Below are positions 30,829 to 54,447 of a stretch of 64,000 bases of DNA, piece after piece. The translations under genes were made by a program, and so were the position numbers. The notes below the pieces were generated by a model. That model searched no databases. It was not told the origin of the DNA and saw only the letters and a list, made by a program, of their open reading frames with translations. This DNA comes from the human T2T-CHM13v2.0 reference genome, Homo sapiens. The stretch lies in the NCBI RefSeq assembly GCF_009914755.1, contig NC_060926.1; one strand, given 5' to 3'. Numbering within the stretch: position 1 is the first letter of the stretch; each line of letters begins with the position of its first letter.

Positions 30829-31446
30829 TGCCTTAGCCATAATTTTCTAAAAACTAGCACTCAGAGCAAAGCCCATACACTAATGCTTTTTTGGGAAAAG
30901 AAATACCAAGACAAGAGTGAAGTAAAGGGGACATGACACAAGAAAGGAGCACAAGCAACACTACATGTTGCATTAATGAGCTGCTACAATTTATAAGGAA
31001 ACCCGCATTATTACTCATGTTAGAGGCCATATAATGCCACTGCTTCTTGGTAGCATCTATCCAAGGAGAGAAAGAGAAAACATTTTCAATTGATAGCTTC
31101 TTGCCGTATTCTGTTTTTCATTGGTCAAGGGTCAGCCTATAAGCCCTTAATTTTTCTGTACTTCTGGGAATTCTATGTGGCCCCTCTGGGTAACTGCTGG
31201 GAAAGGATCATCAGTAGATCCAGTCAGGCTGAAATTGGGCACTTGAGATGCTAAATGCTATATGGCTCCAATCAAAGCTAACTCATGAAGCCATATCCAG
31301 GCTCAGCTCCTGCCTCAGGGACAAACTGAATCAACCGGTAGTATTTCAAGATGAGGCAACAACAGTAAAGGCCAGGGTATTAAGACTATAAGAGCATGTT
31401 GAGCACGCTCCATCTGAGAAACATGACAAATGTCTAAGGGTTACAG
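30829..31446 (-). mobile_element. LTR16-like ERVL LTR (putative 3' LTR of a provirus)
   Basis: TGCCTTAGCC start and CATTGGTCAAGGG...TTAA...ACTTCTGGG motif. Patchy similarity to 41607-42892. Confidence 0.55.
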
Positions 31447-41606
<10,160 letters not shown>

Positions 41607-41973
41607 TGCATTAGCCCAGGTTTCCTAGAAAATAGACTCTGAAATAAAGTTTGGATGTGAATACTTTCTTGGAGGATCATAATCCCAGGAGAATGAGAAT
41701 ATCACAGAAGAAAGGAAAGCAAACACAAGGGAATGTGTTACCATACCAATTTGGCCACAGCTTTAACTGTAAACAAATGTGGTTACTCAGACCTTAATTT
41801 ATCTGCCAGCTGCCCCTGAAATCCTCTCTCTCTTTGGTCAAATTTTACCCACAGGAAATTACCTCTCCTAAAGTTTTAGGTTGTTTTACCCATAATCTCC
41901 AGACAGCTGCTGAGACACCCACGGCATCTGTAGGCACTGCCTGGACTCCTTCTGCAGAGGGTGTTTTGGAGGC

Positions 41974-42655
<682 letters not shown>

Positions 42656-45310
42656 AAGGCTTTGTTAAAGTCTGGACTTTGTCAGTAGAAGACAACCAGA
42701 GGTGTCAGAATCTATGATAAGTTAAAAGGTGATGACCAGGCTTTGTGAACAAGGAAATGGCTTTGCTCACATTGACACTCACATTGCAGTCACTGGAGAC
42801 ACTCAGTTTGGAATGCAGGAGACATGGCCAAGGCCAGAGAGGTTGATGGGGCCATATGAATCTGGGCAAGGACATAAACTAAGTTGCGTCAAAGAGCCAT
42901 CATTTGGTAAATCTCTCTAAGGCAGCATCTTAGTGACTTGAAAACTGGGCTCTTCACAGAGGCATGATGACTTGAAAACGCTAGAGAAGAACTAGAAGTT
43001 CCAGGACCTAATATATAATAAAGAAAGTAATTCACCAAAGACCTGAAGTAGCAACATAACAGGGAACAATATTCAATAAATGGAAAAGTTACAGAAATCT
43101 GCCCAAATTGAAAGTTAGGCCATTATTAAAAAGTCTTTGACACATCTACTTCATATGAAGAAAGCAAAAGGCACAAGTAGGATGAAATGATAGTTTTCTA
43201 GAGGCAAACTGGAAACATGAGAAGTTTATTGACAAATTACAAGGTTATTTTTTATTTTTTGAAAATAGTCTCTTTTTTGTCTTTTGAGGTTCTGGGTCTT
43301 TACAAGAAAGTAATTTCTTTTGTTGAATTGCCCTTTCCTAGGGACTAATATACATCTTATCCCTCAAAAAATATTTTCTTTTACTATGATCTTATTCCTG
43401 ATAGCAATAACTTACTGTTCAGACTCTCTCCTGAAATACATTTGGCAAGAAAGAAACATCAGTTTCCTTAGCCAAAAAGAAAAAAAGTAACAACATATCT
43501 AGTCTGTCAATCACCTTGTATAGTATGGCGTACACAGAAATATTATATTACATATAAGATTGCTTTGATAGACATTTCAGCACTTATTACATGTTTAGTG
43601 AAGTAGGTTGTAAAATTCTTGGGTATATTGTGAGCAGAGCAAGGGGGGTAAACAGGAGTAGACTTGGGTATAAAATAAAAGAAGAAAATGAAGCAGATTG
43701 TCAGCTTTAGGAAATAAATGGTGAACATACTGTTGTTTTAGACGTTTTAGTCAAACGACTAGTCCAATTAGTTTTTTTCTCTACTCTTTTTCTTTCCTGA
43801 ATATATGCCTACTTTTTATTAAAGTAATGCATTCTCATGATTTATACTAAAATAGCACCAATGAGCTTAAAATAAAAAGCAGAAAGCCCCTGTCTCCCAC
43901 TCCCATCTGCAAACCTACTTGTAAAAACAACTACTTTTATGTCTTCTGGTGAATGTCTTCTTGTGTCTAACTAGTATGCCTCTAAGACATTTATGCAAGT
44001 TCATTAATTTTGACAGTATCTACTGCTGCTATGATAGATGTTATAGTGCATGTGCACTAAAACCACCTCCATCTACATACCCAATTCCTAAGTTTCATAG
44101 TTATTTTAGTATTTTTAGTTTGTCTGTTTATTTATGTAACTTAAAATAATATACCCAATGTTTCTTGTTCCATTGATATTTGATCGTTTCTCTCAACTGC
44201 CATTTTCTGATTGCTACCGTCCCTCTACCCCAACTCTCTGCCTCACCTACACATCCTAACTTCTCTCTTCTATACCTTTATGTTTACATTGTCAAGACAT
44301 CTTGGTAGTGTTCCTCCAGATAATCCTCACTTACAGAATTTAGGGCCCTACAAAAAAAAATAAGCAACTTTACTAGAACTCTTTTTCTTTTTTTGTTCCC
44401 CAAGGTTCAGAAGCTTTAAAGTAGATTTTGTTACTTAACATAGCATAGTCTTAATACAGATGCCATTGTGTGAAATGTAAGCACAGGAATGGCTTTTGGC
44501 TACACGCTTTAGAAATGCCAATCAGTTTTTGGCTGTAGGAGAACCAGTTGTAAGCCTAATGCCTCTTTGACTACTGGTGGCTGGTTAGCATATAAGCACA
44601 TGGCTGTCTTCAATTATTTTAGGCTGCTTACACCAACCAATTAAGAAGAGCCCTCTCTTCAGGACAGCTTGATGTAACAAGACAAGTATTTGGTCTATTC
44701 TGCAGTGATTGGCACCTCTGATGGAATTCCTTCAAAGCTGTGAAATGGAACTCAGCTATTTGATAACTTATGGGTCTCTGGAAAAAACTCATTTCCTCTC
44801 TGCCATCAGTTTAAGTATTACTCTACCAGGAATAGTAAGAAACAACAAAGCTTAATGCCCCTCTTTGTTTGGGGATCCTCATTTTCTCTTCTCCGTTATG
44901 GCTTGCAAGTTAAGAGAGATAAAATTAAAGCTTGTTTTAGTTCTTATCCTACTCAGCGGGTCTGAGTCTCTGTAAAAGTTACATTCCAAGTTCCACCTTT
45001 GGTACTAGTAAATTAATCTGTATTTAGACTAAGATAGTAATATTTACATTCTGTCCTATAATATCGGTGAAATCATCTGAGGGTTACCTAAATGTTGATT
45101 ATAAAAGTTGAAAGACCAAAGACAGTATTTCTATTAATATGAGTATATAAATATTGTTCATCACAGATCCAACTGGAAGTCTGTGATTTCCACTCCTTCT
45201 CTATGTTCGCAATGTATAAACCCATCACAACTCAAACAAAAGTATTTTTAGCATTGAATTAGATAGAATCTCCTTTACTCCATTTCCTCAATTGCTCAAG
45301 TCATGCCACT

Positions 45311-45671
<361 letters not shown>

Positions 45672-45955
45672 TAAAATATTTCATAGCCTTTTTTGTTTAT
45701 TTGTTATGAAGAAATATAAGCCACTTATACTATACCTATAATATGTTTCAGCTTTGTATTCAGCCTATCTTCTAGTATTCTTTCTGAAGATACTCCTCTT
45801 AGCAACCGCCAATTTCCTTCTCTATGTAGAGTTGGTGTTATTATTGGGATCCTTAGTTATTCTTACCATTTCTTGTATACTCTGTCTTCCTATTTTTTTA
45901 ATCTGCATTTTCTGGAGTTCATGCACAAGAAATAGCTTCAGAAAAAGTTGTTTGT

Positions 45956-46260
45956 GGCCAGGCACCATGGCTCACACCTGTAATCTCTGCACTTTGGGAA
46001 GCCAAGGTGTGCAGATCACTTGAGGCCAGGATTTCTAGACTAGCCTGGACAACATGGTGAGACCCCATCTCTATTAAAAATACAAAGAATTAGCTGGGCA
46101 TAGTGGCACACAGCTATGGTCCTAGGTAATTGGGAGGCTGAGGCGGAAGGATTGCTTGAGCCTCGGGAGCAGAGGTTGCAGTGAGCAGAGATTGCACCAC
46201 TGCACTCTAGCCTGGGTGACAAAGTGAGTGAGACCCTGTCACAAAAAAAGAAAAAAAAAA
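45956..46260 (+). mobile_element. AluJ-type SINE
   Basis: Diverged Alu with GGATTGCTTGAGCC and GTGAGACCCC (J diagnostics). Confidence 0.93.
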
Positions 46261-47904
46261 TGTGTGTAAACAGGAAGGCCGACTGGGAGCTCTGTGTACT
46301 GTGTCAAGAGCACACAGAGCACCAGCCTTTCCCCTACTTCACTCCCAATGTTGAAATGAGAAAGCTTTATTATTGAGCATTGACATCCACCTAGATGGAA
46401 TAGGCATCCCCAGATACTTCCTTTACTTTCTCTAGAGAAGAAGAGTTCATTATTCCCGTGAAAGTAAATGCATTCCTGGCTGCTTCTCTTTTGAAAAGAG
46501 AGACAATTACAAGGTAGTAAATTTGGAAGGAGGGGTGATGTAAATCTTTTTCCTACCAACCTTCAATTGATGCCTCCTTTTTCAATTCCACTTCTTACTC
46601 TGGGTCTCTGTTATATGTGCTATCTCTGAGTTCAGGGCTCTGAGGTCTGGAGCCTGAGGGGAGATCAACTTCTGTAGCTACTCACTCCCTCCATGCATAA
46701 TCTAGGGTATTTATCATACTATTCTGTTTCCTCATTCTATCAATTTTTATTCCACTTACATATTTGAGATATTTGATACAATCTGTCATTACTGATATTT
46801 ATTGTTTTGTTACCATTTTTACTGTTCTCATTGTTTTTGATGATACTTTATTTATGAATTTATTATTACTTTCGTTCTCAAGAGGGAGAAAGGCTGACCA
46901 GTGCTCAGCTGTCTTAAACCTGAATTCCACCTATCCTACTAAAGCAACACAATCAGATTAGTTGTGAATTTTATTAGCTACTAGCTAAATTGATTGGTTA
47001 ATCAGTCAGTAATTGACCCATAAAGAATGAAGAGACAGAAAACAAGTTATTAAAATGAATAGGGAGAAATAAAGAATTTTTTCTAGTTAACAAAATATTT
47101 TTATTAATATCTAGTCAACATAGCCTCTCTGAATTTTCTATATTATTTTATTTAAAAATCTTTTGGGGAGGAATTTCTTCAGGTATATTTGTTCCTACCT
47201 GCTGTGGGCTCAATACCCAGCACTTTCAATCTGATCATAAGTTGTATGAATTTTTTTATACCTATTATAGTTAAGAACTAATTTTATAACTTTGATTCTC
47301 TATTAAAATTCTATGATTTCTCATTAATGTCAAAATATGTCCTTTTACACTTCAGGAAATGTCACTAATTTTAGGGGAAATTGATATGCAGTTACAGGAC
47401 AGTAAAAAGATACGTTATCTTCTGGGTTGGTTTGCATGTACAATTTCAATCACACTGGTTTCTGAGAGGCCAATCATTTGTAATTTAGAAGAGATTGTAG
47501 TGTTGCAGCCTTTTGCAGGCTCCATTTCTCTTACTTTTGAGAGTGCTTATCTACTTGATAAAAAGAATAAGAAGAAAAAGAAAAGAAAAACGTATTTTCT
47601 GTCGTGTTTCTTATATTCAAATGAGCAGATAATGCCGTTTGATTTTTTTTTTTCTTCTTTGGTGATGAAAGTCAGTCAAGGGTCTGGAAAAAGACTGTAT
47701 CTAAGAGAAAGTAGATTTTACTGTTTAAGAGCCCAGGACATAAGCTGTATTTTCCAAGCATCCAGCCAATGCAATCATAAGCAAATCTCCCTGGGGCTGC
47801 CAATTTAGTACTGTCTTATGTCTGGTGGCAATATCGTATGTTCAAAGACAAATGTGTCCCTGAAATTGGTCTGCAGTTTGGTTAGACATAAGGCTGGCAG
47901 ATAA

Positions 47905-48004
47905 CTTTCTATTTCTATTTCTTCTTCCTTTTCTTTCCTTCCTTCCTTTCTTCCTTCCTCCCTTCCTTTCTCTATTCTTCCTTTCTTGTTTCCTTTTTTC
48001 TTTT
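47905..48004. repeat. CT-rich (TTCC-like) low-complexity tract
   Basis: Pyrimidine run TTCTTCCTTTTCTTTCCTTCCTTCC... Confidence 0.85.
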
Positions 48005-49539
48005 ATCGGTGACAGGAAAATCATTTTGGACAAAACCCAGCTGTGGCCTGTATTTGATGTTGTGCTCAAGTTACGGGGGTTTGGTTACAAACTCTTTATC
48101 CCCTTATCATGTTCCCTGACTTATCTACCTCTGCCGTCAGTCCAAGTCATTACTATCTTAATTAATTGGGCTGGAGCTCCCTCCCTGCATCATTCCAGAG
48201 AAGAGAATTCAAGAAAAGAGGAGTAGAAGTAGATAAAATTGGTTACAAGTTCTTAGAGTCCAGTAGAGCTGAGTCTATTATTTGAGGTCCTCAAAAACAA
48301 AACAACAACAATAACAACAGAAAAAAAATACTTAGGAGATTTTAGTTCTTTTTGTTTTTTTCCTCTTCCCATAAAACTAAACCACAGAAGATGATTATAG
48401 TCATCAATAAACAGTTTCCCTCGAAACCTTTTTGAAAAATGAGATTGGGAAAAAAATAGTTTAAAATAGGAGGACAGGGGAAGTTAGGAAAGAAGAAGAT
48501 GTGGAGAATAAGGATTATGGGGATTATCCTGGATTATCTTCACTGCCACTACTTTATCTTTACCATTACCATTTTACCTCCCAGCCAAGATCAGAAGTGC
48601 TACAGAGGTATCTTTATAGATGTAGATTATAAAATTTATATTGTAATATATTATAATTAATCAGTATATGTATAATATATATTATATATATAATGTTTTT
48701 CTCTGTAACTAATAGGGTGGTAGATAAGGTGTTAGTTTAAACTACTAGGCATGTATAAAGACTATGAGAATGCAGAAAATAAAAAAGCTACTATTAATAT
48801 TAAATAAGAACTATATATGAAGACAAGAAACCCAGAAAAGAAAAGATGAGTAAAAAGGAGAAATAGAGAAACGAAACCCTCATAACAGATAAAGAGTTTG
48901 TAAGCTGAGACATGTAGGCTGTTAGGATTATATTTTCATTACAGTTATCTTGAATGGAGCTGTTTTATAGATCATTTTCACCTCCGAATTTTGAGGAGTT
49001 CCCCTACCAACTAATCTACTCAGCTCAGTAAAATTCTTAAGTTAATGGCCATTGATGGGAGTAAGAGGGAGAAAACTCATTTTTCACTCATCATCAGATT
49101 TAAGAAGCCAAATGCCTTCCCCATCGCCTTCTGTTTCTTTTTTTGTTATGTAAAAATCCAGAGAGGTAGAGAAGAAAAAATAAAACTTGTTTCTAAAAGC
49201 CACTGCCCTTCACCTTTCTCCTGAGTTCATCTCTAAATAATCTTGGAAAAAATTCCCAGTTTTCAAAAAATATCTGGGAAACCTTAATTAAGTCTCTAAA
49301 ATTCAAATCCAAAGTGAAGAGCAGCAGTATGCCTGTAAAACATTCAAATAAAGGCCTTAGAAAAAAAAAATCAAAATCTTCTGACACTATACATTTTTCA
49401 CTAAAGGTCTGAAGCAAAGACCAGTACACCTTTCATAGATGCCTAGGATTGCTTGCTGTTTGTTACAAGTAAAGGTAGCACTCACATCCTGATGTCAACT
49501 CAATGAAAGCTAATTTCACAAACCCCTATAGAAATATAA

Positions 49540-49802
<263 letters not shown>

Positions 49803-50193
49803 ACGAGGTCTATTTTTGCATGTATTGATATTCTATGTTTTAATATTTAATGATTTTTCTATTCTTTTTATTATTTCCCCATAGGGCAGACTTCTAGAGA
49901 AAATAACTCTTCTTAAGCATTTCACATTATTTCTACAGCTTTTCTACTCATCACTCTTCGTTAATTTCTGGGTAATCCTTGTCTTTAGATCAGTGACTCA
50001 CACCTCTTGCTTTCGGCTAAAAAGATTAGAGTAGTTCCGTGGTTTTGCTACCTGTGAACTGAATCATATTTTTGTATTTCACCCACGTTTCTGTTTATAT
50101 CTAAGCTCTGTGAAGCCTTATATCTACCGGATAACTACTTCACAAAATCTTTGCCAAAGGTATCTTATTAGAAACATTTAATCTGCCTTTTTT

Positions 50194-50666
50194 TATAGCT
50201 TCCTGTCATAATTTGTATATTTCTTATTATCTTGCAGATTAACACTAAGGTTTCTCTTGTCCCCTTTTTGTTTGGAATCAGACTAATTACCAGTCTCTGA
50301 AAACAAGCAGGAAAAACGGGTAGCATCTCAGCCAAACTGCAACTAAGAAACTGGAATGATACAATTAACGATGAGCTCATTTTTCTGTTTCTGAGCTCAT
50401 TGTTAGGGTTAAGGTAGGTTTAGGGTTAGGGTAAGAAACTGGAATGAAACAATTAACAATGAGTTCATTATTCTGTTTCTGAGCTCATTGTTAATTGTAT
50501 CATTCCAGTTTCTTACTTGGAGTTTGGCTGAGTTGTTAACGCATTTTTCCTGTTTGTCTTCAGAGTTTGGAAATTAGTCTGACTTCAAACAAAAGAGGGA
50601 CAGGAGAAATCTTAGTGTTAATCTGCAAGACAATAAGAAATATACAAATTATGACCAGAAGCTATA
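50194..50666. repeat. Long inverted repeat (arms 50194-50379 and 50480-50666)
   Basis: Hand alignment of the left arm against the reverse complement of the right arm gives 21 mismatches and 1 gap over 187 bp (~88%). It is mirrored in ORFs 50168(-) and 50567(+), which share NK.GT.E.LVLICK.IRNIQIMT.SY. Confidence 0.97.
50403..50431 (+). repeat. Short interstitial telomeric sequence (~5 units)
   Basis: TTAGGG TTAAGG TAGGT TTAGGG TTAGGG, flanked by 62-bp direct repeats (50344-50405 and 50432-50493). Confidence 0.85.
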
Positions 50667-50668
50667 TT

Positions 50669-50703
50669 AAAACAAAACAAAACAAAACAAAACAAAACAA
50701 AAC
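50669..50703. repeat. (AAAAC)7 microsatellite
   Basis: Direct reading. Confidence 0.95.
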
Positions 50704-50707
50704 CTTC

Positions 50708-51075
50708 ACTTTCCTGATCTTTCATGTAGCTACGGATGCCCATGCAACCCAGTTCCGACTAATTAGATGCAAGTAGATGTTCTCTGGATCAAGCATCTAG
50801 CAAAGATTGTCAGACCAGAGAGACTCAACCCTCCCTTTGACTCTTTGCCCTTCTTCTTCCTGCCAAGAGCAAAGATTCAATGCCTAGAGATTCATCAGCC
50901 GTTTTGTGATCAAGAAGATGAAATCCACAAACTAAGGAAGCCAGAACAGGAGCCGCTACACTAGCTCTGGGATTCTTATCTCTGGGATTTGTTACAGGAG
51001 AAAAACTAGAGCCCTTATTTATTTAAGCCATTGAATGTAGAATTTTCTATCACTTACAACACATTTCCTACTGTA
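50708..51075 (+). mobile_element. Old MLT1 (MaLR) LTR fragment
   Basis: GCCCATGCAACCCAGTTC...CAGCCGTTTTGTGATCAAG...TATTTAAGCCATTG...TTTTCTATCACTTACAAC. Confidence 0.6.
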
Positions 51076-53316
51076 GGAAACAAAATAATTATCAGCATTT
51101 CAAATGACATAACAAAAATCCTGCCTGAGTTTGTTTCAATGAGGGAGACATGTAAAAAAATTTTTTTTTTCTGAAGAACTTTAGTAACCAGAAACAAGTC
51201 AGAGTTTGCTGTTGTATAAAGCACCCAGCTTTCTTTGGAACATACAATTCCCTGAGTTGAAGCAACATTTCTGAACCTGTCAAAGCAATCTTTCTTTACC
51301 TTCAAGGCATTCAGTCTACCTAGTGTAGTAGATAATTAAAACACATTTTTATCCAGACTTACAGGGTGGATAAGCTCACCTTTTAGCTTTTTATACCTCT
51401 CTAGAGCCCTCTGATGTGGCAATCATATATCTGAATAGCCTTCTGGATAAGGCAGAGGAGCTCCTGGGAAAATGTCAAACCTTCTCAAAAGACGAATTAT
51501 TTCATTTTTAAGGACAAATAATGGGTGCTTTAAATCTCTGTAATTTCTTATTTCCAATTAATAGCAAATTACAGGGGCCATTTCTCTAAAATCTGACATT
51601 ATTCCTCAGTTTGACAGCTTTCTTCTTCTTAAACAATAATAGCTGTTTACTAATTTTTCTTCACTGGGAGAGAGGTTTTCTCCCACCAATCCCCCTCCAA
51701 CAAAAGAAATTCTAGTTCAGTCACACGTTATCACTGTGAGCACATTACTGTACCAAACATTTCAGACTATCTTTTTGTTATTTGTGTTAACTGACATGAC
51801 ATAACTAAAAACTTCTGTCATCCTGTTGGTACAAAAGTAAAGCTCTTTCAAATTTCTATGAAATTTCAACAATATAACTGTGTTATCTATACTGGTTTTT
51901 ACACTTTTTCTTTTTCCTTTTTTTTTTTTTTTTTGCTAGAAGTTGAACCTCCAAAAGAAATCTTACGTTTTTTAAAAAAATATGGATCCAGCCTCCATCT
52001 CACTAAGAATAACCTGTTTCACTCATATAAAATACAATCTTTAACAGGAAGTATGTCTTCGTGATCTCCTTACCTAGATAAGTCTCTCCAGAGTTTAAAC
52101 CGGGAGCTACTTTGAGAAGCTGACTGAGCTCCTGGATACTCTAAAAACAGTAGTTTTAGCAGACGTTGCACTTGGGGATAATTCAGACCTTGTTTGTGTT
52201 ATACATTTTAAAAGTATAAAGCTTACCAGTAATTGAATGCCATAATAGGACGTGAAGTAGAACTTGACTAAAGTTTACCTTTAATTCATTAGCATTTCTT
52301 TACAGTGAAGGTGAGTTGTTTAAATAAAAGTAAGGGGTTGTATGAAAATAAGATATTTTCAAATACTCTAATGCATTAGAAAGTAGGTATGTGCGATTAA
52401 CATGCTATTTACAAAACATGTCTTATCTAGTCACTAAAACAAGTTCCCTGAGGACCTGGTCAGGAAAGGATTTGTTTCATTCATTCAATCTATATCATTG
52501 AAACTAATGCATGTTATTCTATGTCACTTTTTTATTTCCACTATTTATAAGAGTAACCTCCTACATCTCCTCCACTCTACTTAACTCAGTTAATAGGGTT
52601 TACTAGTTTTACTAAACTGCTTGCAGTTTGGGATCATTAAATGAAACATTAGGTGGAAGCATACATTTATTTATTTACTTTTACCTGATATCTTTGGATG
52701 TGACTATTCATTCTTCCCTTCACTGGATTGTCACATTTGCCCCTGCTATTCCTACTCTTGTCTTGTTCCTCTAGCACCCCATTATAATTCCCTCTGTGCT
52801 CTGTTGCCTTCTTAGAACCATGTTTCTAACATTCCTTAAACCTACTAAAAATACTGCCCATATCTCAGGCTCTATAGAATACATTTCCAACTCCTTCAGT
52901 TAGAAATCTTGACCCTTCCCCATTTGATTCCAACCTACATTTACACTTCTGGTTTTCTGCATGGAACTTTTTTCTTTTTGCATTCTGCTCCAAGTCTTTA
53001 TTCACAATTTTCTCTTTCTTCTCAGCTTTCAAAATCCATGTTTTCTTTTTTAGATAAGAACACTTAGGACATCTTCCAATTAATTGCCCTGTACGTTCCT
53101 CCTCTTTGGAATCTTCTCTGCTCTCTTTGGATCAGAATTACAGCACTCACTTTTGAACTTCTATAACACTCATTGGGAAAAAATTAGTGTTATGAGTAGA
53201 AGTTTTATGATGAGACAGATTCAAGTCCTATCATCATTTAATGTGACCCTGGAAATTTTTTTTCTTCTCTAAAGTGGGAATAATTAAAACAACAACAACA
53301 ATAATACAGCATACAT

Positions 53317-54099
53317 TGAGACAGGAGAATTCCCTTGACCCTTTCATGAGGGAGAACTGGAGTGCACTAGCTCTAAGTCTAGCCAGCCACTTTGGTGCTG
53401 GCAGGGATGAACTTCACTCACTTGAACCCCCTGAGCTCAACCCCTTAAGGAAGGGAGCATGCAGGTGAGTGGGTACTGGGGCCGGGATCAGCACTTTTGG
53501 GCTGTGGCCCCATGGCAGCATCTAGTGGTATGTTAAAGTTAGTGCTCTTTTAGCTCTGCCATCCATGGATGGCTAAGTGTTAATAGGTCAGTGGAGGGTC
53601 AGGGTGACAGCCTTCTGCACCTGCCCCTTTGGCACCTGAGTTCTTATTCGACATCCAGGAAGAATAGGGTCCCATGAACAATTTGAAAGGTGATTAATGT
53701 GGAGGATTTTATTAAGCAGTGGAAGTGGCTGTCAGTGGAAGGGGAGCTGGAAAGGGGATGGTGTGGGAAGATCATCTTTCCCTAAAGCCCAGTCTTCTGT
53801 GGCTGGGCTCCTCTCTGAAATCATGCCAATTAAAGTTACGCCACATCTATCTGTAGTCTCCAACACTCAGTTGCGTCTTCTTCTCTTGATGTTCAGCTGC
53901 TTGTCTATTTGCTAGTTGAGGTCTGGGGTTTATATGGGCACACAATAAGGGGGTAAGGTGGCCAAAAAGGCAACATTTGGGTGGAAAAACAAGGATAACT
54001 GTTCTAATTTAGGGCCATGGTTTCCAGGCTCGAGGGTGGGGCCTTTGTCAGGGAAACTCCCTCTTTTACCCAGTATTTCCCTGCCTCCTGTCCATATCA
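53317..54099 (-). mobile_element. ERV1 solo LTR of the LTR1/LTR27/LTR28/MER52 group
   Basis: Minus-strand start TGATATGGACAGGAGGCAGGGAAATACTGGGTA. TG...CA termini. 4-bp TSD-like ACAT/ACAC. Confidence 0.82.
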
Positions 54100-54142
54100 A
54101 CACAATGTTCTTAGAACAATATGTGACATAAGGTAAACAATA

Positions 54143-54447
<305 letters not shown>

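Noticed and set aside
47359-47808. 149-aa ORF
   Set aside because: Low-complexity K/F runs come from A/T tracts, and there is no recognisable homology.
50344-50493. Repeat-spacer-repeat resembling a mini CRISPR array or a chromosome-fusion scar
   Set aside because: This is human DNA with only two repeats and no cas genes. The telomeric units are all in one orientation, whereas an end-to-end fusion would give head-to-head TTAGGG/CCCTAA with subtelomeric flanks.
50168-50776. Two similar peptides on opposite strands (…LVLICK.IRNIQIMT…)
   Set aside because: This is a by-product of the DNA inverted repeat, with no evidence of coding function.
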